Virus record (IMG/VR): IMGVR_UViG_3300020042_001707
Coordinates: 1 to 33,145 of that record
From: a virus
Taxonomy: Duplodnaviria > Caudoviricetes
Strand: one strand, 5' to 3'
DNA: 33,145 bases
Shown here piece after piece: positions 25,579-33,145 of this stretch. Made by a program: the position numbers and the translations under genes. The notes below the pieces were generated by a model. The model had not been told where the DNA came from and did not search any database. It saw only the letters and a program-made list of their open reading frames with translations. How positions within the stretch are numbered: position 1 is the stretch's first letter; every line of letters begins with the position of its first letter.

Positions 25579-25621
25579 TGACGTTGTTTAAGTTAAACAA
25601 CGCTCTATTGCTAGAGCGTCA
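25579..25621 (-). promoter_or_regulatory. structured RNA leader (three-way junction) adjoining an RBS
   Basis: The transcript reads UGAC-[GCUCUA GCAA UAGAGC]-[GUUGUUUA ACU UAAACAAC]-GUCA-AAGGA. All stems are Watson-Crick. Confidence 0.6.
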
Positions 25622-25641
25622 TTGGAGTACTGCATTCTATA

Positions 25642-25788
25642 TTACATTTTCTTTTTGTACATAGCTATTTTTGGAGTCATCTTTTTAGTCTCCATCATTT
25701 TACTTCCAGCCATCTTCTTAACAGGAGCTGCTTTTTTAGATGCTGCTGCTGGTGTCATCATTCTCTTTTTTTGTAATCCGTAAGCCAT
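25642..25788 (-). CDS. Lys/Met-rich basic micro-protein, 48 aa (not in the ORF track)
   Basis: Translates as MAYGLQKKRMMTPAAASKKAAPVKKMAGSKMMETKKMTPKIAMYKKKM*. AAAGGA RBS upstream. Confidence 0.7.
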   Translation of the reverse strand: MAYGLQKKRMMTPAAASKKAAPVKKMAGSKMMETKKMTPKIAMYKKKM

Positions 25789-25804
25789 GATAAATTTCCT
25801 TTAT

Positions 25805-25836
25805 AAAAAGAACCCCCTCTTTTTAAGGAGGGGGCT
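25805..25836 (-). terminator. Rho-independent terminator after the major capsid gene
   Basis: The minus strand reads AGCCCCCTC-loop-GAGGGGGTT then CTTTTT, about 15 nt after the MCP stop. Confidence 0.8.
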
Positions 25837-25850
25837 ATTACTAACAACAA

Positions 25851-26771
25851 TTAAGGACCATTAGAACCAAATAAAGCACGAGGATCAGACCAACCGAAAC
25901 TATAACGCTCGTAGCCTTTAGCTTTAGCATTCATAGTATCAAAGTCATTGTCTTGATCAAACGTAACAGCATGGCGCTCATAGTACTTCAAACCAGTACC
26001 ACCAGGAATAGTGTTACGGATAAACCAAGCGTGAGGGCTTGTAAAGTAATGATTCACTTTGAAACCACCTGGAATGTAATTGCCAGATTTAATGACGTTG
26101 ATGTCATTGTTGGCATTACCTGTTTGGTACTCTGTTTGCAAAATGCGTTGAGCATTAAACACTTCTTGACGAGCAATGTGCAAGCTATTTGGTTGAATAG
26201 CGACTAACAAACCACGGTCATTTGTAAAGCCCATAATTGCAACCACTGCATCTTCCAAAGAAGCCTCAGATAAGTCAACATCAACTGCTGGCTTGTTAGA
26301 GAACGTACCACCTGAAGTATTTGGGTGGGCGGTAGAGCACAAAGCTACACCATCACCACCTAAATACGAAGCATTAAAAGCACGGTTGTACACGTTAGCA
26401 GCAATGTTTTCTTTCGTTTGACGGAAAGACATAGCCAATGCAGCGGCACGTTTTTTAGATACTTGCTCATACAAGTTGTCGTCCATTTCTTCTTTAGTCA
26501 CTATATAACCCATTGCGTATGCAACGTGTGTATAGCGAGTTGTGAAGCCTTGGATTTCAGAGTCATAGGCAGTGCCTTGACCTTCAGACTTAACTGGCAC
26601 TAGACCGAAGCCAGACAATTGAACGTCTTCTTCGTAGTTCATGTTAGAAGTGTCTTTATCAAACAAATCTACATACTCTTCTTGGTGCTCATCGTAAGTT
26701 TGTCCCCACCAAGCTTTAATGCCAGGCCATAGTGCCTTGGGATGCGATGCGGTAGTAATAACTCCAGCCAT
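25851..26771 (-). CDS. major capsid protein (HK97 fold)
   Basis: 306 aa; LWPGI..W, SGFGL...K.EG, Y..G..VT.E..DDNLY, DFDTMNAKAKGYERYSFGWSDPR; strong RBS and downstream terminator. Confidence 0.9.
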   Translation of the reverse strand: MAGVITTASHPKALWPGIKAWWGQTYDEHQEEYVDLFDKDTSNMNYEEDVQLSGFGLVPVKSEGQGTAYDSEIQGFTTRYTHVAYAMGYIVTKEEMDDNLYEQVSKKRAAALAMSFRQTKENIAANVYNRAFNASYLGGDGVALCSTAHPNTSGGTFSNKPAVDVDLSEASLEDAVVAIMGFTNDRGLLVAIQPNSLHIARQEVFNAQRILQTEYQTGNANNDINVIKSGNYIPGGFKVNHYFTSPHAWFIRNTIPGGTGLKYYERHAVTFDQDNDFDTMNAKAKGYERYSFGWSDPRALFGSNGP

Positions 26772-26786
26772 GATTTATCTCCTTAA

Positions 26787-27452
26787 TTAAACAGCAAGGT
26801 AATTCACGACAGTGCCAGAAGCAGAGCCGATAGTACCGTATTCGTGATAATTGAATTTGCACAACACACGGACATAAGGACTAGCTGCGCTAGTTACTTC
26901 GTTGTCACCACGTTGTACAGCACCCAACATTCGGATTGGCAAAGTAGCCGTAACTGCTGGTCCAGTAAGAACCATATCAGAGAAAGGCACACCATTAGCC
27001 AAAGATGTTTGGTTAGCAGCGGAGATAGTCACAGCAGCGTTCATAGAAAGCTGAGCTTGAGTAGCACCAGTGCTATCAAATTGAGCTTCGAACAAGACGA
27101 AAGGATCATCCACAACATAGACATAACGCACACTAGTACGAGTACCAGCAGCAATGTATGCCTTCTCTAAAGACAAAGAGTTACCAACCAAGCTCACACC
27201 TGGATCAGCAACACGAATGCCCACAATAATACCTAGAGGCAAAGCAGAAGTAGTAGTTGCACCACCCCACTTTTGGATGTTACGAACACCATTGCTGTCC
27301 GCACCAGATCTAGACATTACACAATCACCGATTGCATAGCTATTGGTAGTGTCAGCAGTAGGGATAGCATAGAGCCGACCCTGCTCATTCCACTTGCCAC
27401 CTAGCAAGTTACCAACAGGACTAAACCCGTTAGCTTTATTTACGTTAGCCAT
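26787..27452 (-). CDS. capsid-associated (cement/decoration) protein
   Basis: MANVN..GF.P, IGD.V, VVDDP..LFEAQ, LPIRMLG; immediately upstream of the MCP. Confidence 0.65.
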   Translation of the reverse strand: MANVNKANGFSPVGNLLGGKWNEQGRLYAIPTADTTNSYAIGDCVMSRSGADSNGVRNIQKWGGATTTSALPLGIIVGIRVADPGVSLVGNSLSLEKAYIAAGTRTSVRYVYVVDDPFVLFEAQFDSTGATQAQLSMNAAVTISAANQTSLANGVPFSDMVLTGPAVTATLPIRMLGAVQRGDNEVTSAASPYVRVLCKFNYHEYGTIGSASGTVVNYLAV

Positions 27453-27471
27453 TTAAGACTCCTTTAAAACA

Positions 27472-27987
27472 TTAGTTAAGTTTGATTCCACCACTGGGAG
27501 TATAGAACGAGGAGTTTTCTCCAGTGATCTTACCCTTACGAATAGCGGCATCAATGAGATTGTTTTTACTTTGAAGTTCAGCTTGATCTTCCTCATGCCA
27601 TTCTTGCCGAATCTTCATTAGATAACCGTATTGCTCCGTACCTTCAGCACGGGGATTTACTAGATATCTAATTCTTTCTCCTAGGTCACCATTACGGCTA
27701 ACCACATTCTCACTCACGCCTCCAACTTCATCTGGTCTTACAAACTCATAGCCATTATCCATAGCTGATTGTATGCGCCCACCTTTATCTGTAAAGACGT
27801 GTAGGTGATAACCATCTATCTGTGTTCGGACACTTATCTTAGCTTCTGTGCCGTTAAATACATTACGGCGTTTTCGAGTTAGAGAACCACCCTCTTCAGT
27901 TACAACAGTTGTAGAAACTTCTTCTTTTGCTGCTGCTTTTTCAAGAAGACGATCACGTTTTTCAAACTCATTTAGTGCGCGGGGCAT
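27472..27987 (-). CDS. conserved head-module hypothetical protein
   Basis: GY...F.D..GRI..A..GYEFV and YLMKI..EW.EED; lies between the scaffold and capsid genes. Confidence 0.7.
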   Translation of the reverse strand: MPRALNEFEKRDRLLEKAAAKEEVSTTVVTEEGGSLTRKRRNVFNGTEAKISVRTQIDGYHLHVFTDKGGRIQSAMDNGYEFVRPDEVGGVSENVVSRNGDLGERIRYLVNPRAEGTEQYGYLMKIRQEWHEEDQAELQSKNNLIDAAIRKGKITGENSSFYTPSGGIKLN

Positions 27988-28018
27988 AGTGTATTTCCTT
28001 TTAAGTTTAAGTTAAGAA

Positions 28019-28852
28019 TCAATTCCAGTCAAAGTCAGCTACATACTGTTCACGGGTCATAAGCTTTTGCTTAACAAACCGATCACAAGCAGTTTTTGCT
28101 TCAGGTGGTAAGTTGTCATAGGTTTGAGAGTTCCCACTACTACGACTAGTTCTTCCTGAACCAGACTCAACTCGACTAGTTGGACTTTGTTTCTTTTCGT
28201 TACCAAACTTATTTGGAAACTCTTCTGCTAACACTTCATCAAGCTTTTCTAAAAATGGTTGGCCTTTAAGACCTGGAAACTCTATACGAAGACTTTCACC
28301 AATACCATTAACAATACTAGTCATACGCTTATCTTGACCAAACCAAGTATTGCGATCTAACCAAGACTGTAGTCCTGGGTCAATAACAGTATCTATTTGA
28401 GGTGTAGTCGGCGCTTTGTCAGCATCTTTAACAGCTTGTTTAGCTCCCTTGAGTTCGTCTTTAGCTTGGTCTAACGCATCATCTAGAGCGTTGACTTTCT
28501 GTCCATCCCCATCGCTAATAGCTTGAGCACGGCTTTCTTTAATATCTTGAATACGTTGTTCGTACTCTTGAGCCTTACGCTCGTAAGATTCTTTCTGAAA
28601 CTTCTTAAACTCTTCTGCTGCTTCTCGAAATTCTTTAAGTTGTTCTTTTGTAGCGTTTAGGTCTTTGACAAGATTCTCGTTATTCTTTCTCAAAATAGGA
28701 AGAATCTCTCGACCACGCTTTACAAATGTTTCAGCATCTACCCAATCAGACTCATTTCCTCGGTAGCGTTCTTTTGAAACCCACCCTTGAGATTCAGCTT
28801 CTTGGACAATTTCTGGAGCAACTTCGTTATTAGTAACATTTTCTTCACTCAT
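28019..28852 (-). CDS. capsid scaffolding protein
   Basis: Charged coiled-coil protein with W..RN.WF and C-terminal LPPEAK..MTREQY; position between portal and MCP. Confidence 0.7.
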   Translation of the reverse strand: MSEENVTNNEVAPEIVQEAESQGWVSKERYRGNESDWVDAETFVKRGREILPILRKNNENLVKDLNATKEQLKEFREAAEEFKKFQKESYERKAQEYEQRIQDIKESRAQAISDGDGQKVNALDDALDQAKDELKGAKQAVKDADKAPTTPQIDTVIDPGLQSWLDRNTWFGQDKRMTSIVNGIGESLRIEFPGLKGQPFLEKLDEVLAEEFPNKFGNEKKQSPTSRVESGSGRTSRSSGNSQTYDNLPPEAKTACDRFVKQKLMTREQYVADFDWN

Positions 28853-28882
28853 ATCTTACTCCTGTTTTTAAACTTGTGTCAA

Positions 28883-29230
28883 TCAAACTTTAGCTAGGTA
28901 TGGATCAACTAGATCTACGTCACCATCTAAGGTTCCCGTAACGTCTTTATCGTTAATCATTCGGTACTGAACCCTATCTTTACCAAGATAAAGCAGACCA
29001 GCATACTTAGCAAAAATAATCTTGTCCCCAACTTTGCACCAGGGTGCAGGCTCATCGGCGTAGCAATCATTGCCCATAGCAATAACTACTCCTGTGGTGT
29101 TACCCATCTGTTCTCGGTCTTTGTAGTTACCAGTGGTAATCACAATACCTCCATCAGATGTGTCTTTGATTTCTTGGGGTTTAACCAAGACTCGCCAACC
29201 AACGGGGTTTATTCCTGACACATTACTCAT
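28883..29230 (-). CDS. groES: GroES/Cpn10-like co-chaperonin
   Basis: INPVGWRVLVKP..TSDGGIVI..GVVIAMG..KVGDKIIFAKYAG..YRMINDKDV. Start reassigned to the ATG at 29230. Confidence 0.88.
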   Translation of the reverse strand: MSNVSGINPVGWRVLVKPQEIKDTSDGGIVITTGNYKDREQMGNTTGVVIAMGNDCYADEPAPWCKVGDKIIFAKYAGLLYLGKDRVQYRMINDKDVTGTLDGDVDLVDPYLAKV

Positions 29231-29456
29231 AGCTAACTTCTTTCTTTTGGGTAAATTCAAATAAGTCTTCGTACTCAAGATTAAGAATAATTGCGATTGC
29301 TCGACATCTACCTTTAACTTCAGCCTCATCCTCAAATGAACTACTGATTAAACCTTCTTTCATTGTTTCTCTGTCGTCTGACAAAAGCTTCATCAAACGT
29401 TTAGTAACTGGATGATGTTTCCATTCATCAAAATTACTAGGGCTTACTGGCTCCAT
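29223..29456 (-). CDS. small conserved protein downstream of portal
   Basis: F.EWK.HPVTK motif and AAGGAG RBS. Confidence 0.7.
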   Translation of the reverse strand: MEPVSPSNFDEWKHHPVTKRLMKLLSDDRETMKEGLISSSFEDEAEVKGRCRAIAIILNLEYEDLFEFTQKKEVSYE

Positions 29457-29470
29457 TCTTTCTCCTTTAG

Positions 29471-31561
29471 TTACATTGGTAATTGCGGCATCTCTTGTTC
29501 TGGCATTTGTGGTTGCTCTTCTTGGATTTGTTGCTCTGGTTGTTCTTGCATTATTCTGTCGTAAACAGTATTCATAGTTTTAATGGAACTAAGAACACCT
29601 TCACGGCGTTCACGCTGCAAAGCAATTGTTGAATTAATTTCTTGGATACGCATTTTTTGACCTTCAGTAGCAACACCAATTTTAATTGCTTGTGCTTCTG
29701 ATTCTAGTTTTTGAATGTAAGCTTGGTTTAGTTCTGCTTCGCCCATAAGTTTTAACAAACCTAGCTTCAAAGTTAGTTGATCAGAAGCTTGTTTAGCTTG
29801 GACTTTAAGCTGTTCAATTTGAAGCTTGGGATTAACAGAAGGAGGTATAGCGTTAGGACCTTTGGGATCAGGAAGAATTTTGTCAATATTTGTAACTTTA
29901 ATTGCTTTTAAAAATGCAAGTTCAGCCTCGTAGCTGTTGTACAAACCAGGACTTGCAGCAACACGACTTGCAATAGCCATTGCTTGATTCAAACGTTGGG
30001 CATCAGATGTAATGCTTGGATCAGCAGTAGGCATCACATCAGTTACAGGACCATCGTAATCACTGGCTAATACAAGGCCAGCACCTACAGTGTTAGATAC
30101 ATACGGAGTATTTTCTGTAATAAAAATTTGGTTCAAACGATACAATTTGCGAAACTCTTGCTTAAGACTGCGGTGAGTACGTTTAAAGATTCCATTAAAG
30201 ATCTTCATTCCCTGCTCAGCCATAGTACGAGTAGTTTCAGCAGGAGTATTTTGACCAGGGTTCTGACCAGATAAGATGTCTACTGATCCACCAATACGTT
30301 CACCATAGTTAATGAGTAGGTTAAGTAACGTAAACATTACTTGGGAAGGTTCACGAACTGGAAGAGGAACGATGCCTTTACGTAAGTCATCACCAGTAGT
30401 ATCTACGTGCTTCCACTCCATTGGGTTGAAGGCGTAATTACCACCACGAAGCTTAATACCACGGCTAAGAAATCCACCAGCAGTATTAGCCATAGTTCCC
30501 GCATCAACCAATTGATTGATGATGGTGTTGATTGACTCGTTGAGTGGTCCAAGAAGAACTCCAAAACCTAGATCGTAAAAACCTCCATCAGGAGATGGAA
30601 CAAAAGGATACTTAGTAAAGTACTGCTCTGCTTTGATGCTTAAGATAGTGCCTTTATCATTGCGCTCAATATCAGTTTCGGTGTATCTAGCGACAATACG
30701 AGCAACTTGTTTGTTGTCTCTACGTACATAAACAATGTATGGTTCAGCATACCCGTCATCATCAAAGTCAATGTGGCAATGATGTTCTAAAAATTCAATT
30801 GGAGTACTAGAGTCATTGGGTTCTGGTGGATTCAAACCTTGGGCTTTATCTTGAGCAGTTTGTAGTCCACTGCCCATAGCAACATATGACCCATACTGTT
30901 GACGACCTTCAGATACATCTAACCACAATCCACGAGCAACACGTTCATAAACTTCATTTTTAGTCATTTGAAGAATGTGAGTAATACGACTAGCTGTCTC
31001 TAAACTTTTAGTCCAGTAGTTAACTACTAAATCTTTAGCTAGTACATTCTCAGAGATGTTGTGGTTTTTAACTGGATCAAAATAAGTTTTCTTAAAAGCA
31101 CAACCAATAATAGGTTGAGTGATAAGAACTTTGTCCATCTCTGATTCCCAATCTTCATCTTCTTCAAGGACTTGATAACTCATGTGCTGTTCAACACGAG
31201 TAGAACGAAGAGAACGTAATCCATCTTTATCATCACCAACAACACGACACTTCACAGGAAGATCACTGTCAATAAGAACAGGATAACTACGAGCATGGTA
31301 TTGCAATGCAGCAATAGTGATAAGAGGAAATTTAACGTTAGAAGCGTTAGCCCAAGGAAAGTTTTTAGTTTCAACTACTTGTAAGGCAAGTTTTAAAGAG
31401 GCTTCAGTTCGTTTTTCCCAACTAGAGCGTGATAGCAAATCGTTATCAAAATCTTTTACACATTGAATTCCAATAGTTATTAGATCCTCTTTGCCAACAA
31501 GATTGGCAATATTAGGCTCATACATGAGGTCATCAATGTTAAATTTATCTTTTAGGTTCAT
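29471..31561 (-). CDS. portal protein
   Basis: About 696 aa after TerL; FPWANASN, G.AFKKTY.D, GFY.LG.G..L, NQL.DAGT..N..GGF and a Q-rich C-terminal barrel. Confidence 0.88.
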   Translation of the reverse strand: MNLKDKFNIDDLMYEPNIANLVGKEDLITIGIQCVKDFDNDLLSRSSWEKRTEASLKLALQVVETKNFPWANASNVKFPLITIAALQYHARSYPVLIDSDLPVKCRVVGDDKDGLRSLRSTRVEQHMSYQVLEEDEDWESEMDKVLITQPIIGCAFKKTYFDPVKNHNISENVLAKDLVVNYWTKSLETASRITHILQMTKNEVYERVARGLWLDVSEGRQQYGSYVAMGSGLQTAQDKAQGLNPPEPNDSSTPIEFLEHHCHIDFDDDGYAEPYIVYVRRDNKQVARIVARYTETDIERNDKGTILSIKAEQYFTKYPFVPSPDGGFYDLGFGVLLGPLNESINTIINQLVDAGTMANTAGGFLSRGIKLRGGNYAFNPMEWKHVDTTGDDLRKGIVPLPVREPSQVMFTLLNLLINYGERIGGSVDILSGQNPGQNTPAETTRTMAEQGMKIFNGIFKRTHRSLKQEFRKLYRLNQIFITENTPYVSNTVGAGLVLASDYDGPVTDVMPTADPSITSDAQRLNQAMAIASRVAASPGLYNSYEAELAFLKAIKVTNIDKILPDPKGPNAIPPSVNPKLQIEQLKVQAKQASDQLTLKLGLLKLMGEAELNQAYIQKLESEAQAIKIGVATEGQKMRIQEINSTIALQRERREGVLSSIKTMNTVYDRIMQEQPEQQIQEEQPQMPEQEMPQLPM

Positions 31562-31563
31562 AA

Positions 31564-33009
31564 TTAGTATCCACAAATAGTAGAACGACCCAAATCTACC
31601 ACATTATTTTCACGAACATAAGCCCCGTACTCTTCTTCTTCCAACTCTTTTTCGGTTGGAGCTTCCCACATCCTATCAAGCATCAATCCCAAGTATGCCC
31701 AAGCGTCTACTTGGTCATCGTGCTTATCTCTAGGAAATCTAAGAAGTTCATCCTCAAAGTTTTGATACCAATCAGCATCTTTATCAAACTTACAAGCCCC
31801 ACTTCTCATACGAGCTTGAATGCTTCTAGCACGGGTTAACTTATCACCACTAGGCTTGAGCAAAATGGTGTTAATGAATTCCCCCCGCTTAAGCATTTCC
31901 TCATTAAGATAGGGACCAATTGCTTTTTGGATCGTTCCCTGTTCGAGTCCAAAGAGTACGGGCTTATAAATCTTTTGAATCATTAAGATTGTATCTACAA
32001 TTTCCAAGGCGTCCATACGATCTTTAATTACGTGTTTGCAGTATAGCTTTCCTTCTTCATCCATACCACCTACTACAAAAGCAGAATAATCAGCCCGTTG
32101 GGATTGGGATACAGCCAAGTCACAAGTAGCGTAATACACTAAGTTTTTCTTTTGGTCTTCTGGTTTTATAGGTACAAAGTCAGTCTTCTTAAAAAAAGTA
32201 TCAGTAATATCCAACGGAATATTGAGCATCTCTTGAGAATAAACATCAGCTAAACCTTGCCTTACATAGTCATCTTTTTGCATCCTGAACTCTTGAGAAG
32301 TTTTCATTTCAGGCCAAAGAAGGATTTTAAAGTCATCAGTATGAGCACGATACTTGACAGATCTCCAAGGCAAAACGTTAGTAGAATATTCTTTTAAGTC
32401 TTCTTTGATAAGGCTTTTAACTCCTCGATGAGAACTTAATAAAGAAGCTGGCATTAGATTTTCAAGCAAACTATCTAAGTGCAAGATAGTGCCTACTATC
32501 CTTATTTTCCCAGTAGATGATACACATGGGATAAGAGCACCATAGAACCAACGCTTAAATTTTTGACGCCGATCCTTGTTCATAACGATCTCATCGTTCT
32601 CCATATCATCACCGATGATGAGGTCTGGACGAAGGTTAGCCCACTTTAATCCACGTAACTTTTGTTCAGAACCTTTAGCTTGAATACGAAATGTCCACCC
32701 ATCTTCCATCTCAACAATCAAGTCATCTTCAGTATCTTTAGGAAAACCCTTAACCCCAAACAAAGAGCGCAGATCATCGTTATCCAACAACTCTTTTTTA
32801 ATATCTCCTAAGAACTGCACGGCTTGGGTGACAGTATCTGAAACAATAAGAGCGTACCTAGATTCTCTAAAAAGAACAGATGCTAGGGTATAAGCATGGG
32901 TTACGGCTGTACTCTTAGCGTGATAACGAGGAGCAGCTATAGCAACTTGCTTGCTGTTACTAGTAACAAGTTCCCATATTTCTTTATGGAAGTCTGGGGT
33001 AGCGGCAGG
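31564..33009 (-). CDS. terL: terminase large subunit, 5'-truncated by the junction near 33009
   Basis: Walker A-like APRYHAKST, LRG, Walker B LIIGDD.E, coupling motif VGT, nuclease CDLA..ADYSA and HDDQVDA. Confidence 0.93.
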   Translation of the reverse strand, partial: PAATPDFHKEIWELVTSNSKQVAIAAPRYHAKSTAVTHAYTLASVLFRESRYALIVSDTVTQAVQFLGDIKKELLDNDDLRSLFGVKGFPKDTEDDLIVEMEDGWTFRIQAKGSEQKLRGLKWANLRPDLIIGDDMENDEIVMNKDRRQKFKRWFYGALIPCVSSTGKIRIVGTILHLDSLLENLMPASLLSSHRGVKSLIKEDLKEYSTNVLPWRSVKYRAHTDDFKILLWPEMKTSQEFRMQKDDYVRQGLADVYSQEMLNIPLDITDTFFKKTDFVPIKPEDQKKNLVYYATCDLAVSQSQRADYSAFVVGGMDEEGKLYCKHVIKDRMDALEIVDTILMIQKIYKPVLFGLEQGTIQKAIGPYLNEEMLKRGEFINTILLKPSGDKLTRARSIQARMRSGACKFDKDADWYQNFEDELLRFPRDKHDDQVDAWAYLGLMLDRMWEAPTEKELEEEEYGAYVRENNVVDLGRSTICGY

Positions 33010-33145
33010 TTGTATTGCAAACACGTAATCAAACAACGAATGGATGCTTTAGAAATTGTCGATACAATTCTGATGATTCAAAAGATTTATAAGCCCGTAC
33101 TCTTTGGACTTGAACAAGGTACGATTCAGAAAGCTATAGGTCCCT
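33010..33145 (+). repeat. inverted, diverged copy of the terL segment at 31911-32046
   Basis: Translates as LYCKHVIKQRMDALEIVDTILMIQKIYKPVLFGLEQGTIQKAIGP. By hand count it has 21 differences in 136 nt versus the reverse complement of 31911-32046. Confidence 0.92.

Noticed and set aside
25568-25600. N-terminal extension MFNLNNVKGFI of the 268-aa ORF
   Set aside because: It overlaps the RNA hairpins, and the ATG at 25567 has a proper AAGGA RBS.
8795-27339. Many + strand ORFs of 60-125 aa opposite the structural genes
   Set aside because: They are antisense shadows of long genes and have no recognisable motifs.
29231-29335. 35-aa N-terminal extension of GroES
   Set aside because: It overlaps the upstream gene, and Cpn10 similarity begins just after MSNVSG at 29230.
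33010-33036. TerL start MFDYVFAIQ from the ORF track
   Set aside because: It derives from the antisense strand of the inverted terL fragment, not from a true N-terminus.
31911-33145. terL repeat pair as a diversity-generating retroelement TR/VR or an invertible segment
   Set aside because: The differences are almost all synonymous and not adenine-specific, and no reverse transcriptase or invertase is present in the window.
1-33145. Terminal repeats, tRNA genes, att sites
   Set aside because: The two ends do not match each other, and no cloverleaf or integrase was recognised.

Overview
A partial genome of a tailed dsDNA phage, most likely a P22-like podovirus of a Gram-negative host, since it has a two-component spanin. 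It has two convergent arms. The left arm (+ strand, 24-5913, GC-richer by eye) carries a family A DNA polymerase split by a one-base frameshift, a Cas4/RecB-like exonuclease, an HTH-DUF3310 protein and a run of small translationally coupled genes, one with an IleRS-type zinc finger. The right arm (- strand, about 33009 down to 5910, AT-rich) carries TerL (5'-truncated), portal, GroES, scaffold, major capsid protein, decoration proteins, three fibre-plus-small-partner gene pairs, P22 gp4/gp10-like tail proteins, a cupin-SET-domain fusion, three ejection proteins (the largest has an HExxH motif) and a lysis cassette (M15 endolysin, Rz with embedded Rz1). The most notable items are (1) the SET lysine-methyltransferase fusion in the morphogenesis module, together with an unannotated Lys/Met-rich histone-H1-like micro-ORF after the capsid gene, (2) a perfect three-way-junction RNA structure abutting a ribosome-binding site, and (3) an inverted, synonymously diverged terL fragment at the right end, probably a chimera. 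No tRNA, CRISPR array or integrase was seen. All family assignments come from motif recognition and gene order, not database searches.
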